From the human T2T-CHM13v2.0 reference genome, Homo sapiens, in assembly GCF_009914755.1 (NCBI RefSeq), contig NC_060936.1: a DNA stretch of 64,000 bases, one strand, 5' to 3'. Within the stretch, counting starts at the first letter, position 1, and each line of letters opens with the position of its first letter. Below, piece by piece: positions 1-29,262 of the stretch. The notes beneath the pieces were generated by a model that made no database searches, was not told where the DNA came from, and saw only the letters and a list, made by a program, of their open reading frames with translations. The position numbers and the translations under genes were made by a program.

Positions 1-1340
1 GAACACAAAGCATGAGTACTTTCACTGGATTCAAATAAGAAACATCGTTATTCTCTGCGACCAAAAGAATTAACCAAGCCAGGCACTGTTCCTGGTCAAG
101 TGTAACAAGCTCACTCACTTATCATCCCTCCTTATACCATGTGTGAGAAGCAGAAATTCCAATCTAAAGAGTCCAGTCAGAAAAATCCTTAGAAGCAGAA
201 AGAAGCATTTCAGGGGAGCTCAGGTACTGCTATTATTTTCCCCCTCAAAAGTCTTTTCCCTAGAGTGATGGAAGAGAGGCTGACAGAGAGCTAAGATGTC
301 ATATTTCACAAAAATAACAAATAACTGCCCCCCTTTGTAAATGAGTTACCATACTAAGATGTTAATAGTTCTCAGGCCAGTCTGATTTCCAAAGGAATGT
401 AAGGTAGCATGGCAAAAAGGAAAAGAGGGAGCCTGAATCTCAGTGCCACGTGACTGATGGCAGGATGAAAAGCAGAGCCTGGGGGCTTTCAGGCGATGGT
501 AGATTAATGATGACACGGCCTTGACTTCCCAGAGGTAAAGGTTATGAAACACTCCAGGGTAAGCGAGCTTCCAATTTCATACTCTCAGGATGAATGACAG
601 CAACTGATGGTTATTCTCTCAGAAACACTTGGATGCTTAAAAACACAGCTGTCACCTCCCCTGCCCCAGTTTCTGAAACTGTTTATTCCCGAGCCTTTAT
701 GCCAACCAGACGACAGAACATAGGGTGGTCCCAAAAATCAATGCACAGAGCTTAAGTAGATGAAGGTGAGAGACCAGACTAGCAGCAAGTACACCGCCTT
801 AGCAAATAATATGGTAGAGACACTCCAACACTATCCACACATATACACATAACACACCTCCCCAATATAACCACCTTAACCTACTCTCAATAATCTCTTT
901 CAAGTGTGAGATCAGTATCAACTTTCTAGGGCTGGTAGGGTGCTAGGAACTTTAAAGTTACACGACAATTAGAGAACACCAGGAATTGCATCTCCTCTTA
1001 TCTTCACAGGATTTGAAGCCCAAGAACACAGTCAGCTCAGAACCACTCACTCACTAGGTTCTACCACTTTTTCTTTCTCTTGTCCAAATCAAGCTCTTTC
1101 CCCAACCCCCCCTCCTCTTCAACCCCAGAGGAGGTCGTTTCGGTCTTGCTCTAGCTGATTGTAGGACAAAGCAAGGCAGGCAGAGGAAATGAAGGTGTCA
1201 CACTTGACACCCCCAGAAATCAAGTTTCTATTAAAAGTCCCCATCTCCCTCCTTTAAAAGCCAAGGAGCTGCTGCTTTTGAGGATAAGTGATGCAGAGCC
1301 TGGCAGAAATGTCAAGAAGTCAGTAGAGGGAAGCTGAAAC

Positions 1341-1643
<303 letters not shown>

Positions 1644-2349
1644 TGGGAAGCTGAAACTTTTCAGGAGACGTGAATGCTGTCTTAGCCAAAACATACAGAG
1701 AAGGGAGGACAGTTACCTGACCATTCAGAAATTTAGAGTGAGCACTAGGAAAACAGATTATTTTCATCTAAAGTATTTAAAAATGCAGATTTCAGGCCAC
1801 AACCCAACCTAATTAATCTGTATCTCAAAAGGGAAGGCCTACAGAGCTGTATTTTTTAAAGGGTCCCCTGTAACCCTTACATGCAACCATTATTTGGGGC
1901 CAATTTCAAGTAGCTTTGAAAAAATATAGACCAAACAACTTTTTAAAATTTCTCATCAAGTCCAAGTAAGACTCCCATCCTGCTCCAATTATCTCCTATA
2001 AATGCTAAGGGTATTCCAAAGTTTATGCTTCCTACAAAAACTATTTCAGCTGCAGAGATGTGAGGGGTAAAAAGAGAGATGTGAAGAAATCACAGAGGAC
2101 TCTAGGTAGCACACCTGTCTTATTGCTCTCCTACAATTCAAATAGAAAAGCAGAGAGAATCTTTCATCATAGTTCAATACAGAAAGAACGTGCCAAAACA
2201 AGATCAGGGCACACTGCAGTTATGTGGGGAAAAGAGGGAGGCAACTAGGTTGCAGCACACAAAGGCATTTTTTCCTACAGAACTGACACAAAGGAAAAGG
2301 AGTAATATCAATAAAGTGGGGGAAAAGGAAAATGGGATTTCTTCTTCTT

Positions 2350-4195
<1,846 letters not shown>

Positions 4196-4679
4196 TGAAA
4201 AAAAGAGTAGCAAAGGAAGGGGAGAGGAAGAAAGGAGTTAAAATTTTCTAGATCTTAACAAGGGACTTCATATTATATTAAAAATGGGGTCTTTGCTAAT
4301 TTACAAACATCACCAACAAGTATTCCCCTTAAAACATCTCCAATTTGATGTCCTGCCTCATCCCCACCTCCATCTCCAAAATACTATGGGATCTGACCTT
4401 CTTCAGCTATCAGTCATGAAGAGCAACTCTGCTATTTTGGTGAGTATATAAGAAAATGAACTATCCCATAATTGTTCAATCTTATTTTAACTGAACCCAC
4501 ATATATAAGCCTCTCAAGTATTAACATACATTCTAAACATTCCCATTCTGCCATTGCTCTCACATGAGGAGCCTTTAACCAAAATTTCCTATCAAAAAAA
4601 TTAATCACATACACATATACCAAAAAATTCCTTCCCCAACACCACTTTATTTCCTCCCATACAGACTCTGAAGGATATA

Positions 4680-5256
4680 CAGTTGTCCCTCAGTATCCAA
4701 GAAGTAATGGTTCAAGGACCACCCCTGCCTCCACCCGCAGATACCAAAATCTGTGGGTGCTCAAGTCCCTTATATAAAATGACATAAGGCTAGGTGCAGT
4801 GGCTTCCGTCTGCAATCCAAGCACTTTGAGAGGCAAGAGGACTCCTTGAGCCCAGGAGTTTGATACCAGCCTGGGCAAAATAGGGAGACCCTGTCTCTGC
4901 AAACTAAAATTAGCCGGGTGTGGTGGTGCATGCCTGTGGTCCCAGCTACTTGTTGGGGATGAGGTGGGATTACTTGAGCCTAGGAGGTGGAGGCTGCAGT
5001 GAGCCATGATCTGGGACACGGCACTCTATAAGTGAGACCACATCTTTAAAAACAAAACAAAACAAAAAAATAGCATAGTATTTGCATATAAACTATGCTC
5101 ATCCGCCTACATACTTTAAATCATCTCTAGAGTACTTATGTATAAATAGCTGTTATACAATACTGCTTCATTTGTATTATTTTTTATTGTTGTATTTTTC
5201 CCCCCAAATGCTTTTGATCCACAGATGTGGAACCCATGGATACAGAGGGCTGAGTA
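4680..5256 (+). mobile_element. MER2 (TcMar-Tigger MITE) interrupted by an AluJ at about 4788-5070
   Basis: TA|cagttgtccctcagtatcc terminus; internal gataccaaaatc...caagtccctta and tactttaaatcatctctaga; far terminus ggatacagagggc. Confidence 0.8.
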
Positions 5257-5978
5257 TACTTGGATTCAGAGAGCTCACATTTCACCACAGCTGGGGAGAG
5301 TATCTGGGAGTGTGGATAGATATTGCTTCACTTAGAAAGGCCAGGCCAACTATCTATCACCCTAAAATTAGATATACAACTGGATATAATGTAATTTTTA
5401 AAATTATTTACCTTATGTACTAAGAGTGGTACTTTCAAAAGAAAAAAGAAAAAACTCTTACCCAGACAATAAGCCCATCTCAAGAACCAGGCTGGCAAAA
5501 ACAACTGAACCAGTTTGTCTGGCAAAAACAAACTGAATATTGAAAAGTAAAACAGACTTAACAGAATCCAGCACTCTTCTCCCTTTCAGGCTGTGTTTAC
5601 TCTTGTGGCAAAGACGAGCAGGGGGCCAAAGAGAGGCATAAAACTTGTTTTTTATCAAAGTCATCAGTTCTGACACGTTAGACGAAGGAATGCAAAGACA
5701 TTATGGAGGGGGTATTGACCAGGGAAAATAGAAAAGAGTTTTTTCTTACTACAAATTTCTTTACCTGAAGTTCTTCAGGTGCAAATTCAATGAATGAAAT
5801 CAGAGAGAAATACATAAAATTAAAAGGTACAAGAGCTTAATGATCTCAGCCATGCACCTTTAGGGAAGTCTAAACATCTAACATAACTTTCCCAAATACC
5901 TAGTTTACAGTAAATATAGGGCAAGGCACCAGCCATGAATGTTGACATAGCATCAAAAATTTCACCTTGTTTCTCTAA

Positions 5979-7665
<1,687 letters not shown>

Positions 7666-8339
7666 ACTCCAAGAATGTTATCTAAGAAATCCTGAAGACT
7701 ATGTGAGGTTGAGTTTTAGCTTTTCCTGAAATTTATCTTCTAAGATAACCACTCTCTCAACTGCTATCTCTATCTACCATAGAGTTATCTTCTTTCCTTG
7801 TTGGTTAATCTAAGTTGAAAAGAACATAGTTATTCAAATGGAAGAAGGATTTTGGGGAAAACTGATAACCTAGGATGAAGGAGGGGGGAAATTCCCCCAA
7901 AAGCTCTTGATCAGTGAGGTATCAATGGCTGAGGGAGCCTACGTTGAGTTTTGTTTTTTCCACTTAGATGTCTACTATCTGCGTTTTTCTTGGTCCCATG
8001 GCTGTATGAGAAAGAGAAATGGAGAATTAAATTTTACACTAAGCCTAGGCACTGCTGCTTGAGTATATTTGAATAGAACCCAAACTTACTAAGCAGGCTA
8101 CTTTTCCAACTTACTCTGGAAACTAATTCTTCTACCACTACTTCCTTTAAAGATATTCTACCAAACTCTTCACCATAGCTTATGGTTCCTTAGGTTTATA
8201 AAGTTCCATGTTGGTAATATCCTATGCATGGCCCCATCATTCTTCCTTTGGAAAAGGTTTATACAGCCATACTTAAACTAAGAAATCCTAATTACAGACC
8301 CTCTGAGAAGACTGATGACCAACTTCTAAATCCATAGTA

Positions 8340-9609
<1,270 letters not shown>

Positions 9610-9915
9610 TATGAACTTCTTTCATCTTTCCACATCCCAATGGCTAACCTCTACACCAAAACCTATCACTGAAGTGAAGGAACAAACAAATATTTCTTCA
9701 CTTATTTCAGATGGTGGGAGAATAGAAGACAGAATACAATAGGCCCTCCAGAAGAGAATGAATTGAGAAAACAGCATGCCATCAGTTAGCTACAATGAAA
9801 TCTGTATGCTAGAAGACTGGTGGCTATCTGTACTTTGAATTGACTTTGTCTCAGCTTCCTCTTTGGTACCTCAACATAGTTAAGTGACAAGCTCCTCAAA
9901 AACAAGGCAGGTCCC

Positions 9916-12570
<2,655 letters not shown>

Positions 12571-14132
12571 ATCAATCATAAACATTATTCAATCCATGGC
12601 TCATTTGCTCTCATATACTTCCTCCCTTTATTCATATACTACACTGATCAGTAGCCAAGTCCACTAAAGAGAAATCAGCAAGCACGCAGGGTCGTAAGTT
12701 GGATCAAGCAGACAACAGAGATGACAAAAAGTGGGTTTTTCATTGTCTTGTTTAGAATACTAGGATAGAGAAGAGGCTACACTACCTGCTAACCTCCACT
12801 ATTTTCACCACATCTAACTGAATAAAATCTGTGCCTAGAGAATTAAACAACCTAAAGACAAGCGACCAAATTATATAGAAGGCTACACTGGAACCCAGAA
12901 TCCCAGGATGAAGTGGACAAAAGTATGCTCATCTGGCAGTTCCGTAAACACAAACTTAACCAAGTCACTAACCTCTGCCAACCAACCAAACGCTACGTAG
13001 CAACTCATTCTAGTGATAAATAGTTAAGCACAAGAACTAGGCAATTCTCATCAGACAATGTACCCAGCTGCAATTCCAGGATGTGGAACTAGAACGCTAA
13101 GTTCTAGAAAAAAAGAATCCTTACTTTTCTTATGTCTTACTCCTTTTCCTCCAACTTCTCTCCTTTCATAGATTTATTCTGAAACTGCTTATATTTTCTA
13201 CAATTATTTAAAAAAATTCTCAGCTACAGATTAACAATGGTCCAAGTATGTGGTCTGATAAATAATTTCTACGCCACTCACAAGTATGAAAGCTGTGTGG
13301 GAGATATAAGCTAGATATGAGTTGTCCGATATGGTAGCCACTAGCCACAAATGGCTTTGTAAAATAAGTTTTACTGGACAGTGCTGGTGTAGACAGCAAA
13401 ACATCAGCATTTCTGGGACACTGTGATGGTTTATGGGACAAAACAGACCAAAATGTTTAAATTAGGATAGTTCTGAAAATCAAGACTTATAACCAATGTA
13501 AATGGGATCTATACTCACAGAGCACATCTCAAAAGGTCACAAATCTTCAAGTGAAGTAGTCCCTGGAAACCATACATATTCTAGTAAAGTGTTACTTAAA
13601 ATATAGTCTTCCTCCTGGTGCTAGTCTCCAAACTGTTTCTTACCAGTGTGTAAAGGTCCAGAAATTGAAAATGTTAAGAAACTTTCAGAATAATTTAATG
13701 CTGTTGTAACATTTTAATTGTATTTTATAGAAGTATCCCTGTAATAATCAAAAAAATTTTTAAACTAGTTTTTTGCCACAGATAATTTCAGATGCACTAC
13801 TCTAGCACATATGCAAATAAAAAAATATGCTATACGTATTGACAATCAATGTTATTAGAGAAGGAAGCTCACAGCCAGAGTTCTGCCAATTACCATTATT
13901 GTATTACAACCCTCCAGAGACTTAAAATGGGCGCTGAAATCTTATCAATGATCAACTAAAACTAAAATTGAGTCAAGTTAATTGACTCAGTTTTAAGGCC
14001 ATAAAGCCAATTTACCAACAGAACTGAACTAAGAAAAAAGGAAGAAAACTAACATTTATTGAGGGTCAAAGTATCACTGTTAGGTAATTTCGAATACTGT
14101 ATACAATTTTTTTTTTTTTAAGACAGAGTCTA

Positions 14133-18625
<4,493 letters not shown>

Positions 18626-19191
18626 TCACTTACAATATTAAACAGCAACCCCTAAAGCAGGATTTCATAAAGCTGATTCTATTTCACCACAGCATTCGTT
18701 ACCATTTTTTAAATATGCTGACTAGTCACAATGGTCCAGAAAGCCATTTTATTCTACCATTCTTTACTCTGATTTCACATTTCACGGATAGTATTTTAAA
18801 AAAAAAAAAAAAAGCACTATCTACAAACAGAACTCCTAAATTGCTTCCATAGATTCTCTTGTGGTAATTATGAATTAGACATTATCTAAGGCCACTGGAA
18901 AAGGCCTCCAGTACCATAAAACAGTTACATACATGGCTAACAAAATCCATTCTTACTTTCAAAAAGAGTGGTAGGAAGGAAGACGTCTGCAGTAATTGAA
19001 CATGTGACAATTTTCCTGACCTCTCAGTATCTCCAACAATTTTTTAAATTCAAGACATACAACATTGTACTGAAAAGAGTCAACAAATTAATGTTCTCAG
19101 AGTTTCCTCTAATCTGGGGAGGAGGAGTCTCTAAAGTTAGCTATATAGAATTAAGATCTGGGTGTGTAAGAAATAAAAAAAGATTTCTTAC

Positions 19192-19217
19192 CATAGGTTT
19201 GTTATCAGATGACAGAC
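19192..19217 (-). CDS. SARNP: SARNP exon 8, 26-nt microexon (GLSSDNKPM)
   Basis: tag|GT acceptor, ATG|gtaaga donor, phase 1 to 0; required to keep the frame into exon 9. Confidence 0.92.
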
Positions 19218-19359
19218 CTAAGGAAGTAAATAAAGTTTTATTTAATATTTTTAAAAGTCATCAAAGCCAACAGTCTTCAAGTCAAATTAGGCAACATAAA
19301 AACATCCTTTATCCTATGATGACAAAGAAAAGGCAGAAATTGCATGTAGCGATCATGTC

Positions 19360-21912
<2,553 letters not shown>

Positions 21913-22049
21913 TAGTAATAATTTCCTCTAATTCATTACAAAAGTGATACATATTCATTGTATGGATTTTAATAACACAGACAAGCAAAAAGAAATAAAT
22001 CATTCAAAATTCCACCAACCAGAGATAAGAGTATTAACAATTTAGAATA

Positions 22050-22312
22050 CAGTCGTCCCTCCATTTCCTCAGGGGATTGGATCCAAACCCACCCCTCCAG
22101 CTGATACCAAAATCCACCACACTCAAGTCCTGCAGCAGATATAAGCTGCTCCTCCATATCTGCAGGTTTCACATCCCAAGAATACTGTATTTCTGAACCG
22201 CATTTGGTTATGGTGAACCCTCAGATACAGACAGCAAACTGTATTTATTGAAAAAAAAAAAAATCCAAGTATAAGTGGACCTGTGCAGTTCAAACCTTGC
22301 TGAAGTGTCTAC
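22050..22312 (+). mobile_element. Tigger3a/MER8-like DNA transposon relic
   Basis: TA|cagtcgtccctc start; gataccaaaatcc; tataagtggacc...cagttcaaacc near the end. Confidence 0.65.
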
Positions 22313-22984
22313 TATGTATCCTTCCAAGCTTTTTTCCTATCTATACATGCACTCTTACATGACTAAAATGGGAACGTACTGTTAATATAATTTTGTAACT
22401 TTTTTCATTAATATCTCTGATAAATATCTTTCAATATTATTTCAGCACAGTAGTCTGCTATACCATGGCACACATTTAATAACTAATTCTCTGTTGTACA
22501 GTTGGTTGTTTCCAGTTATTGATCACTATAAATAATGCTGTGATAATCCCTGAGGCTAAGTCTTTATGCACATTCAAGACTATTTCCTTATACGTTCCTA
22601 GAAGTAAAACTGTTAAGGTAGAAGATATTCTTTTCCCTTTTATCACTTATAATAGCCAGTATAACACTAGATAGTATGCAATAATTTTATGCAGTTGAGA
22701 CCCCAGAATAAGTAAGCAAAGTACTAGAGAAACTTCTTTGAAGATGTTCAAGAAAAGACAGACAAATGTTGGCACTTCCTATCCTCTCATAACATTCAGT
22801 ATCTCTCTTAATTGCCCAGGAAGGCCTAAGTATAATTTTACCTAAAGCAGGAGATGAATGTTACAATCTCTTAAAGAGTTTCTACAGCTAGCAAATTTAC
22901 CTTATTTTGGAGAAATAAAACCTGTTATACCAGAAAAGAAAGAATAAAAAGGTAACTTTCTCAGAAGTATCTCTGTACTCTTAC

Positions 22985-23013
22985 CTTTTGTTGGAACTGA
23001 AGAAATCCCAAAC
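22985..23013 (-). CDS. SARNP: SARNP exon 7, 29-nt small exon (FGISSVPTK)
   Basis: cag|G acceptor, AAG|gtaaga donor, phase 2 to 1; completes RAARFG. Confidence 0.93.
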
Positions 23014-23432
23014 CTGAAGAAGGAAAAACAAACTAAATTTTAGGAAGCTGTTCACACTCCTGGTTTGTCTGTCTCCGTGTCAAGTATACATATGACACTT
23101 CTTGCTTGTGATCTCAAGCCTTGCAATCATTAGCTAATTCTAACAACCCCATGAAAGAGGTTCAGAAATTAAGCTAAAAGGAAGCCTTATCAGAATTAGT
23201 AGTAGTCAGTTCCTGGCTTTAACTGTTACAAAAACCCTTCTCAATAAAGCTCAATTTATAGCTACTATAACCAAATCAGTAGACATGTTCTGAATAGGGT
23301 CAAAAAAGTGTTCATATCCTTCAGCAAGCCTCTATTCTACTTAAAATCAACAATTATACCTAAAAGCTAGGATCACACATCTTCATCTTTACAACACCCC
23401 TATCAGAGGCCCAAAAGGCTGGGGACACTCAC

Positions 23433-23506
23433 CTAGCTGCCCGAGCAGCTTTCTTACTCTCCAAGCTCACAGGTACATTGAATCGTTCAGCCCTCTTCTG
23501 CATTCT
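23433..23506 (-). CDS. SARNP: SARNP exon 6 (RMQKRAERFNVPVSLESKKAARAAR)
   Basis: tag|AGA acceptor, AG|gtgagt donor, 74 nt, phase 0 to 2; carries RxxRF motifs of the Tho1/MOS11/SARNP C-terminal region. Confidence 0.95.
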
Positions 23507-23578
23507 CTAAGTAAAAATAGACAAAAGGGAGAAAAAAAAGTCAATTTATGGTTTAAGAAAGTCAGTCAGAGGTAGGTA

Positions 23579-23885
<307 letters not shown>

Positions 23886-24650
23886 AAAGGTAGGTATCTT
23901 AAAAACATCAGAAGTAATTTCTTAGGGTCTAAACTGAAAATACTGACAATCCTAGAAGATATCAGGTTGTGTCCATGCTAGGACTTAACGGCCCTTCCCA
24001 CAAAGCAAACAAAAAAAGACTATTACTAGATGCCCTCAAAAACAAAAGGGAGAAATAAAGTAAAACCTACATTATGCATGAAGCCAAGAAGTCAAAAGCT
24101 ATGTTTGGCTGACCTTTGAAAAGTGATCAAAGGAATAGCTTGGTTCCAACACCAATGGTATTCTTTCAGTTAGAAATGAGGCAGCATTGTTTTATGCCAT
24201 TCTAAAAGAGTTTAATAATTCTCTACTTTGCAAGTATGATACTGAACACAAGATCTCAAATGGAACCTGGTTTCACAGTCCTGCACCACAGAAACCAGAG
24301 AAATTTCAATCTCAGCTACTGGCCAGTAGCAACATAAGAGTCACATCTACCAATACATTTTCAAGGTACAATCCTCCTAAATCTAATCCTAGGTTTGAAA
24401 ACATCTCAAAGAGAGTCACTGTTAAGACCATAATATTACATATAAAAAGACTACAACTTCAAGAATGACTACCCCTACGCCAGCCAAATATTTTCCAAAG
24501 AGTAGCTGGCAGTGAAACGTATCAACACCAAAATCTGCCAATACTGATTTTCTGCCTGTGAATAAATTTTAGAGGATGATGCAGATATAATAAAGGGTAA
24601 GAGGGAGAGAGAAATGTAGAGACTGTTCTACTAGGGAGCAGAATACCTAC

Positions 24651-24702
24651 CTCAGTCTGTGGTATTTCAGATGTAATTTTCACCACTTTCTTCTCTGCTG
24701 CC
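24651..24702 (-). CDS. SARNP: SARNP exon 5 (AAEKKVVKITSEIPQTE)
   Basis: tag|G acceptor, GAG|gtaggt donor, 52 nt, phase 2 to 0. Confidence 0.95.
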
Positions 24703-24931
24703 CTAGAAAAGAAAGAGATTTTTTAAAATGAGAAAACTGATATTCTAAACCACAACCTCAGAAATGTGTAAGAATTCACCTGAGTCACCATTCTCTGCCC
24801 TATTATCTCTCTGCCACCCCCTAAGCCAAAGAAACATGAAGTCCACTAGAGCTTTGGTTCCTTTAACTGTCATCTATTGAGAGGAAAGAGTTCAAATAAC
24901 AAACTAAGCTTCTTTAGCTAAAGTATAATAA

Positions 24932-25156
<225 letters not shown>

Positions 25157-28061
25157 TAGCTGGAATTACAGGCACCTGCCACCACGCCCAGCTAATTTTT
25201 GTATTTTTAGTAGAGATAGGGTTTCACCATGTTGGCCAGGCTAGTCACGAACTCCTGGCCTCAAGTGATCCACCCACCTCGGCCTCCCAAAGTACTGGGA
25301 TTACAGGCATCAGCCACCGAGCCCAGCCTTTAATTTACTTTTGAACTAATGAGTAACCCTCCAATCCTCCTTTAAGTACCACCTCCCAATGTTCATCACA
25401 ACAATTAATAAGTACTCTACAAGGTCTGGTTTCCTTCTTTTAAAAATCCCTTATTTCTCCCATGGGGAATGTAGCTCTAGCTGGAACAGTCAAAGTGAAA
25501 CAAATAAAAATGCCAAAGAAGGTAGGAAGAAAAAAGTCTAAGGGGAGTTTGAATTAGGAAAACATGGTAAGCTAGTGGTCAAAGGTTTAAGAGGAAACAA
25601 AAGAGGGGGGACCACAGGGGCGGGAGACAAAGTTCGGAAGTACCCACGATAAATGGAAGGGCATTAACCCTCCACCAAACAACTCCCATAAAACTGTGGG
25701 TCATAACCAGTCTCATTAAGGTCCCTCATTTAGAGACATGGGCAGCTTTTGTTCCAATATCCTGAACACTTTTCCCATTTGATGCCCTGAAAGGTAGTAA
25801 TGGTTTAATGACATTTTCAGAGGAAGCAATTCTGGAATAAGAACTTACTCTCTTCCACCCTTTTATTGGAAATCCCTGGACTGAAGACAAGCAATGGGTG
25901 CCCCCTGCTGACTATAACGAAGTCCTACGATATGTAACCGCTTTAGCTGGTTGGGGGTTGGGAATCAAACTAGAAACAGGTATATTTTTGGAGAACTTCA
26001 GGCCAAACATGAAGAAGGGGATCTCCTTTTAAATAGTCAAGGAATCTAAACTAGCCCTGGCTATTCTGACGTTTAAAGAAATTTCTAAACGCTTCCCATT
26101 TCCTTGCCATCCTTCCCTAACCTTGTCTTATAATTTAGGCACAAAAGGCTAAAGTTTAATGTTTTACTTGAAATCCAATGCCATCAAGAAAGTAGTACTC
26201 TCCATCAACCCCAGTGTAATGACTTCCTCCCCATTACCATTCTGAAGCACAGTCAATGCAGTGCACATCATGGCAGAAAGGGAACCCCAGACGGGAAGTT
26301 TCCTTCCATTCTATTACAATTCCCTTAGGCAACTAAACTCAAGCGCAATAAATAAACATCGAATTCTGGGATGCATGGGAAATTTCCACTCTTCACTGAG
26401 AAATTTCTCTCCTACCCAATCACATAAACAACATTCCCTGAAATACAGAGACCCAGAATCTTTTTGTACATACTTCAGTCTAACCACAACTATCCTCTAA
26501 AAATCAAAAACGATCACCCCACCCACTTCAATTTCCTTGTTTCAAAATTCATTAATAGAATTAAAGCCCCCTGAACAGAATGCACATTTTAAATATTCTA
26601 TGAATAATGAACTTCAAACTTTCGAACCTCTATTTTTTAACCCACAGAAGCCAATTATCATGGTATTCACTTGATCTTCTTTCTTGTTCCAGAAATCCCC
26701 ATAACATTTCTATTTTAAAGCTATCTCACAAAGTCATTTTTTCAAGGCACTATATCTAATTATAAACATCTTATGATGGAAAGATAACTAAATGGCTTTA
26801 GAAAGTAGTATTTGATAGGCTGGAAAGTAGTATTTGATAGGCAGGTGATTACTGGCTCACACCTGTAATCCCAGCACTTTGGGAGGCCAAGGCAGGTGGA
26901 TCGCTTTGAGCTCAAGAGTTTGAGACCAGCCTGGCAAACACGGCGAAACCCCATCTCTACAAAAAATACAAAAAAAGAGCTGGGTGTAGTGGCTCGTGCC
27001 TGTAGTTCCAGCTACTCAGGAGGCTGAAGCTGGAGGACTGCTTGAGCCGGGAAACGGAGGTTGCAGTGAGCCAAGATTGTGCCACTGCACTCCAGCCTGG
27101 ACAACGGAGTGAGTCCCTGTCTCAAAAATAAATAAATAAAGGGATATTTGACAAAAATCTATCAAGATGTTAAATGTACATCCTCTGTGATGCAGCAAAT
27201 CCACTGCTAGGAATTTACCCTGTGGGTATACTTGTGAGTATAAATAATTAGAAAAGGACATGCAGAACTACATTTTTTTTTAATGAATAATCTAAATGTC
27301 CATCAACAGAAGACTGGTGAAATAAATTACTGTTTATCCATAGAATGCAATACTATTAAATGCTAGAAAGAACAAGGTTCTAAGTTGATAACTAGTAAAT
27401 CTGGGTGATAGGTAGATGAGAGTCTATTACACTAGTCGAACTTTTGTATATACTTGTAATTTCCCATAATAAGCTAAACAAAAAGAGACCACTTCCTAGG
27501 ATAATTATCCTGACTTTACAGGGTCTACTGAGGATAAAATGACAGTACATGTAAAACATTCAGAACAATGCCTAGCATATAACTCTTAAGAACAATGCCT
27601 AGCATATAACTAACACTTACATAAGAAAATGATGATATAAAAAATTTCCAGATGTGAAAAAAAATCAAGTGTGCACAGTGTGTGTATACGTGTATCTATA
27701 TAGTACACATACATACATATACACATGTACAGACCCCATATATAAAATCTTCCAAAAGTATGTACTGTTCTAAAAACCTCAGTAAAGTCAGATCTGAGAA
27801 TGGATACAAAGAGTACTTAATTCTTAATTGATATACTCCACTATGTACTGACTTTTTACTTGTAAATACACTGCCTTTTATAATTAAATGCACTAACACA
27901 ACTATGAGGAACAAAAATGTTCAAAGTTTAGGACTCAACGGCTCTTAATGTACTATAGTACAAAATGGCCAGACATTTGTGGAAAAAGCCCCAAATTAAA
28001 GATGTTTAGGATCACCCTTGTGGAACAGTTTAAACAAATCAAGATCTACTTTCCATTCTAG

Positions 28062-28421
<360 letters not shown>

Positions 28422-28621
28422 TAATCCACCCACCTCGGCCTCCCAAAGTGCTGGGATTACAAGTGTGTGCCACCGTGCCTGGCCTCAGTTTTACACTTTT
28501 CCAGAAAAGTGCAAAACTCTTATGAACAGTTAACAGAATGGGCCGGGCACGGTGGCTCACACCTGTAATCCCAGCACTTTGGGACGCCAAGGCAGACGGA
28601 TCATTTGAGGTCAGGAGTTCA

Positions 28622-28846
<225 letters not shown>

Positions 28847-29194
28847 TTACACAGTTTTACACTGCATACAGAATTGTACAGATTCTCTATAGAGTAACAG
28901 AATAATCTATTATGGTGACCCTACAAAAGAACAACAAAGGCTAGGAGAATTAAACTATGTCTGGTCTTGAAGTCACCTGGTCCTCATTACCTATTACATA
29001 ACTCAGAGACAATTTGCTTTACTTCACTGGGACCAAGTACTTTGAAGTAGTCCCTTCTAAAAAACAAAAAAATGACCTAATCAGAAAGGAAAAGGCCAAT
29101 GGGAACATGTAAGAGGTAAACAAAGTTAAACATTAAATACATTAAGAAAAGAGCTGCCTGCTCTGTACTCAGATTATAAAAAAGGGATAATTAC

Positions 29195-29262
29195 ACATCA
29201 ACAGTTTTTTCAGGGGGTTCTTCCTCTTTGACAGGGAGCTCAATGGGCTTTGTTTCTTCTTC
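29195..29262 (-). CDS. SARNP: SARNP exon 4 (EEETKPIELPVKEEEPPEKTVDV)
   Basis: tag|GAA acceptor, GT|gtaatt donor, 68 nt, phase 0 to 2. Confidence 0.95.

Noticed and set aside
5763-5780. ACCTGAAG-tt-CTTCAGGT inverted repeat
   Set aside because: An 8-bp stem is expected by chance in 64 kb.
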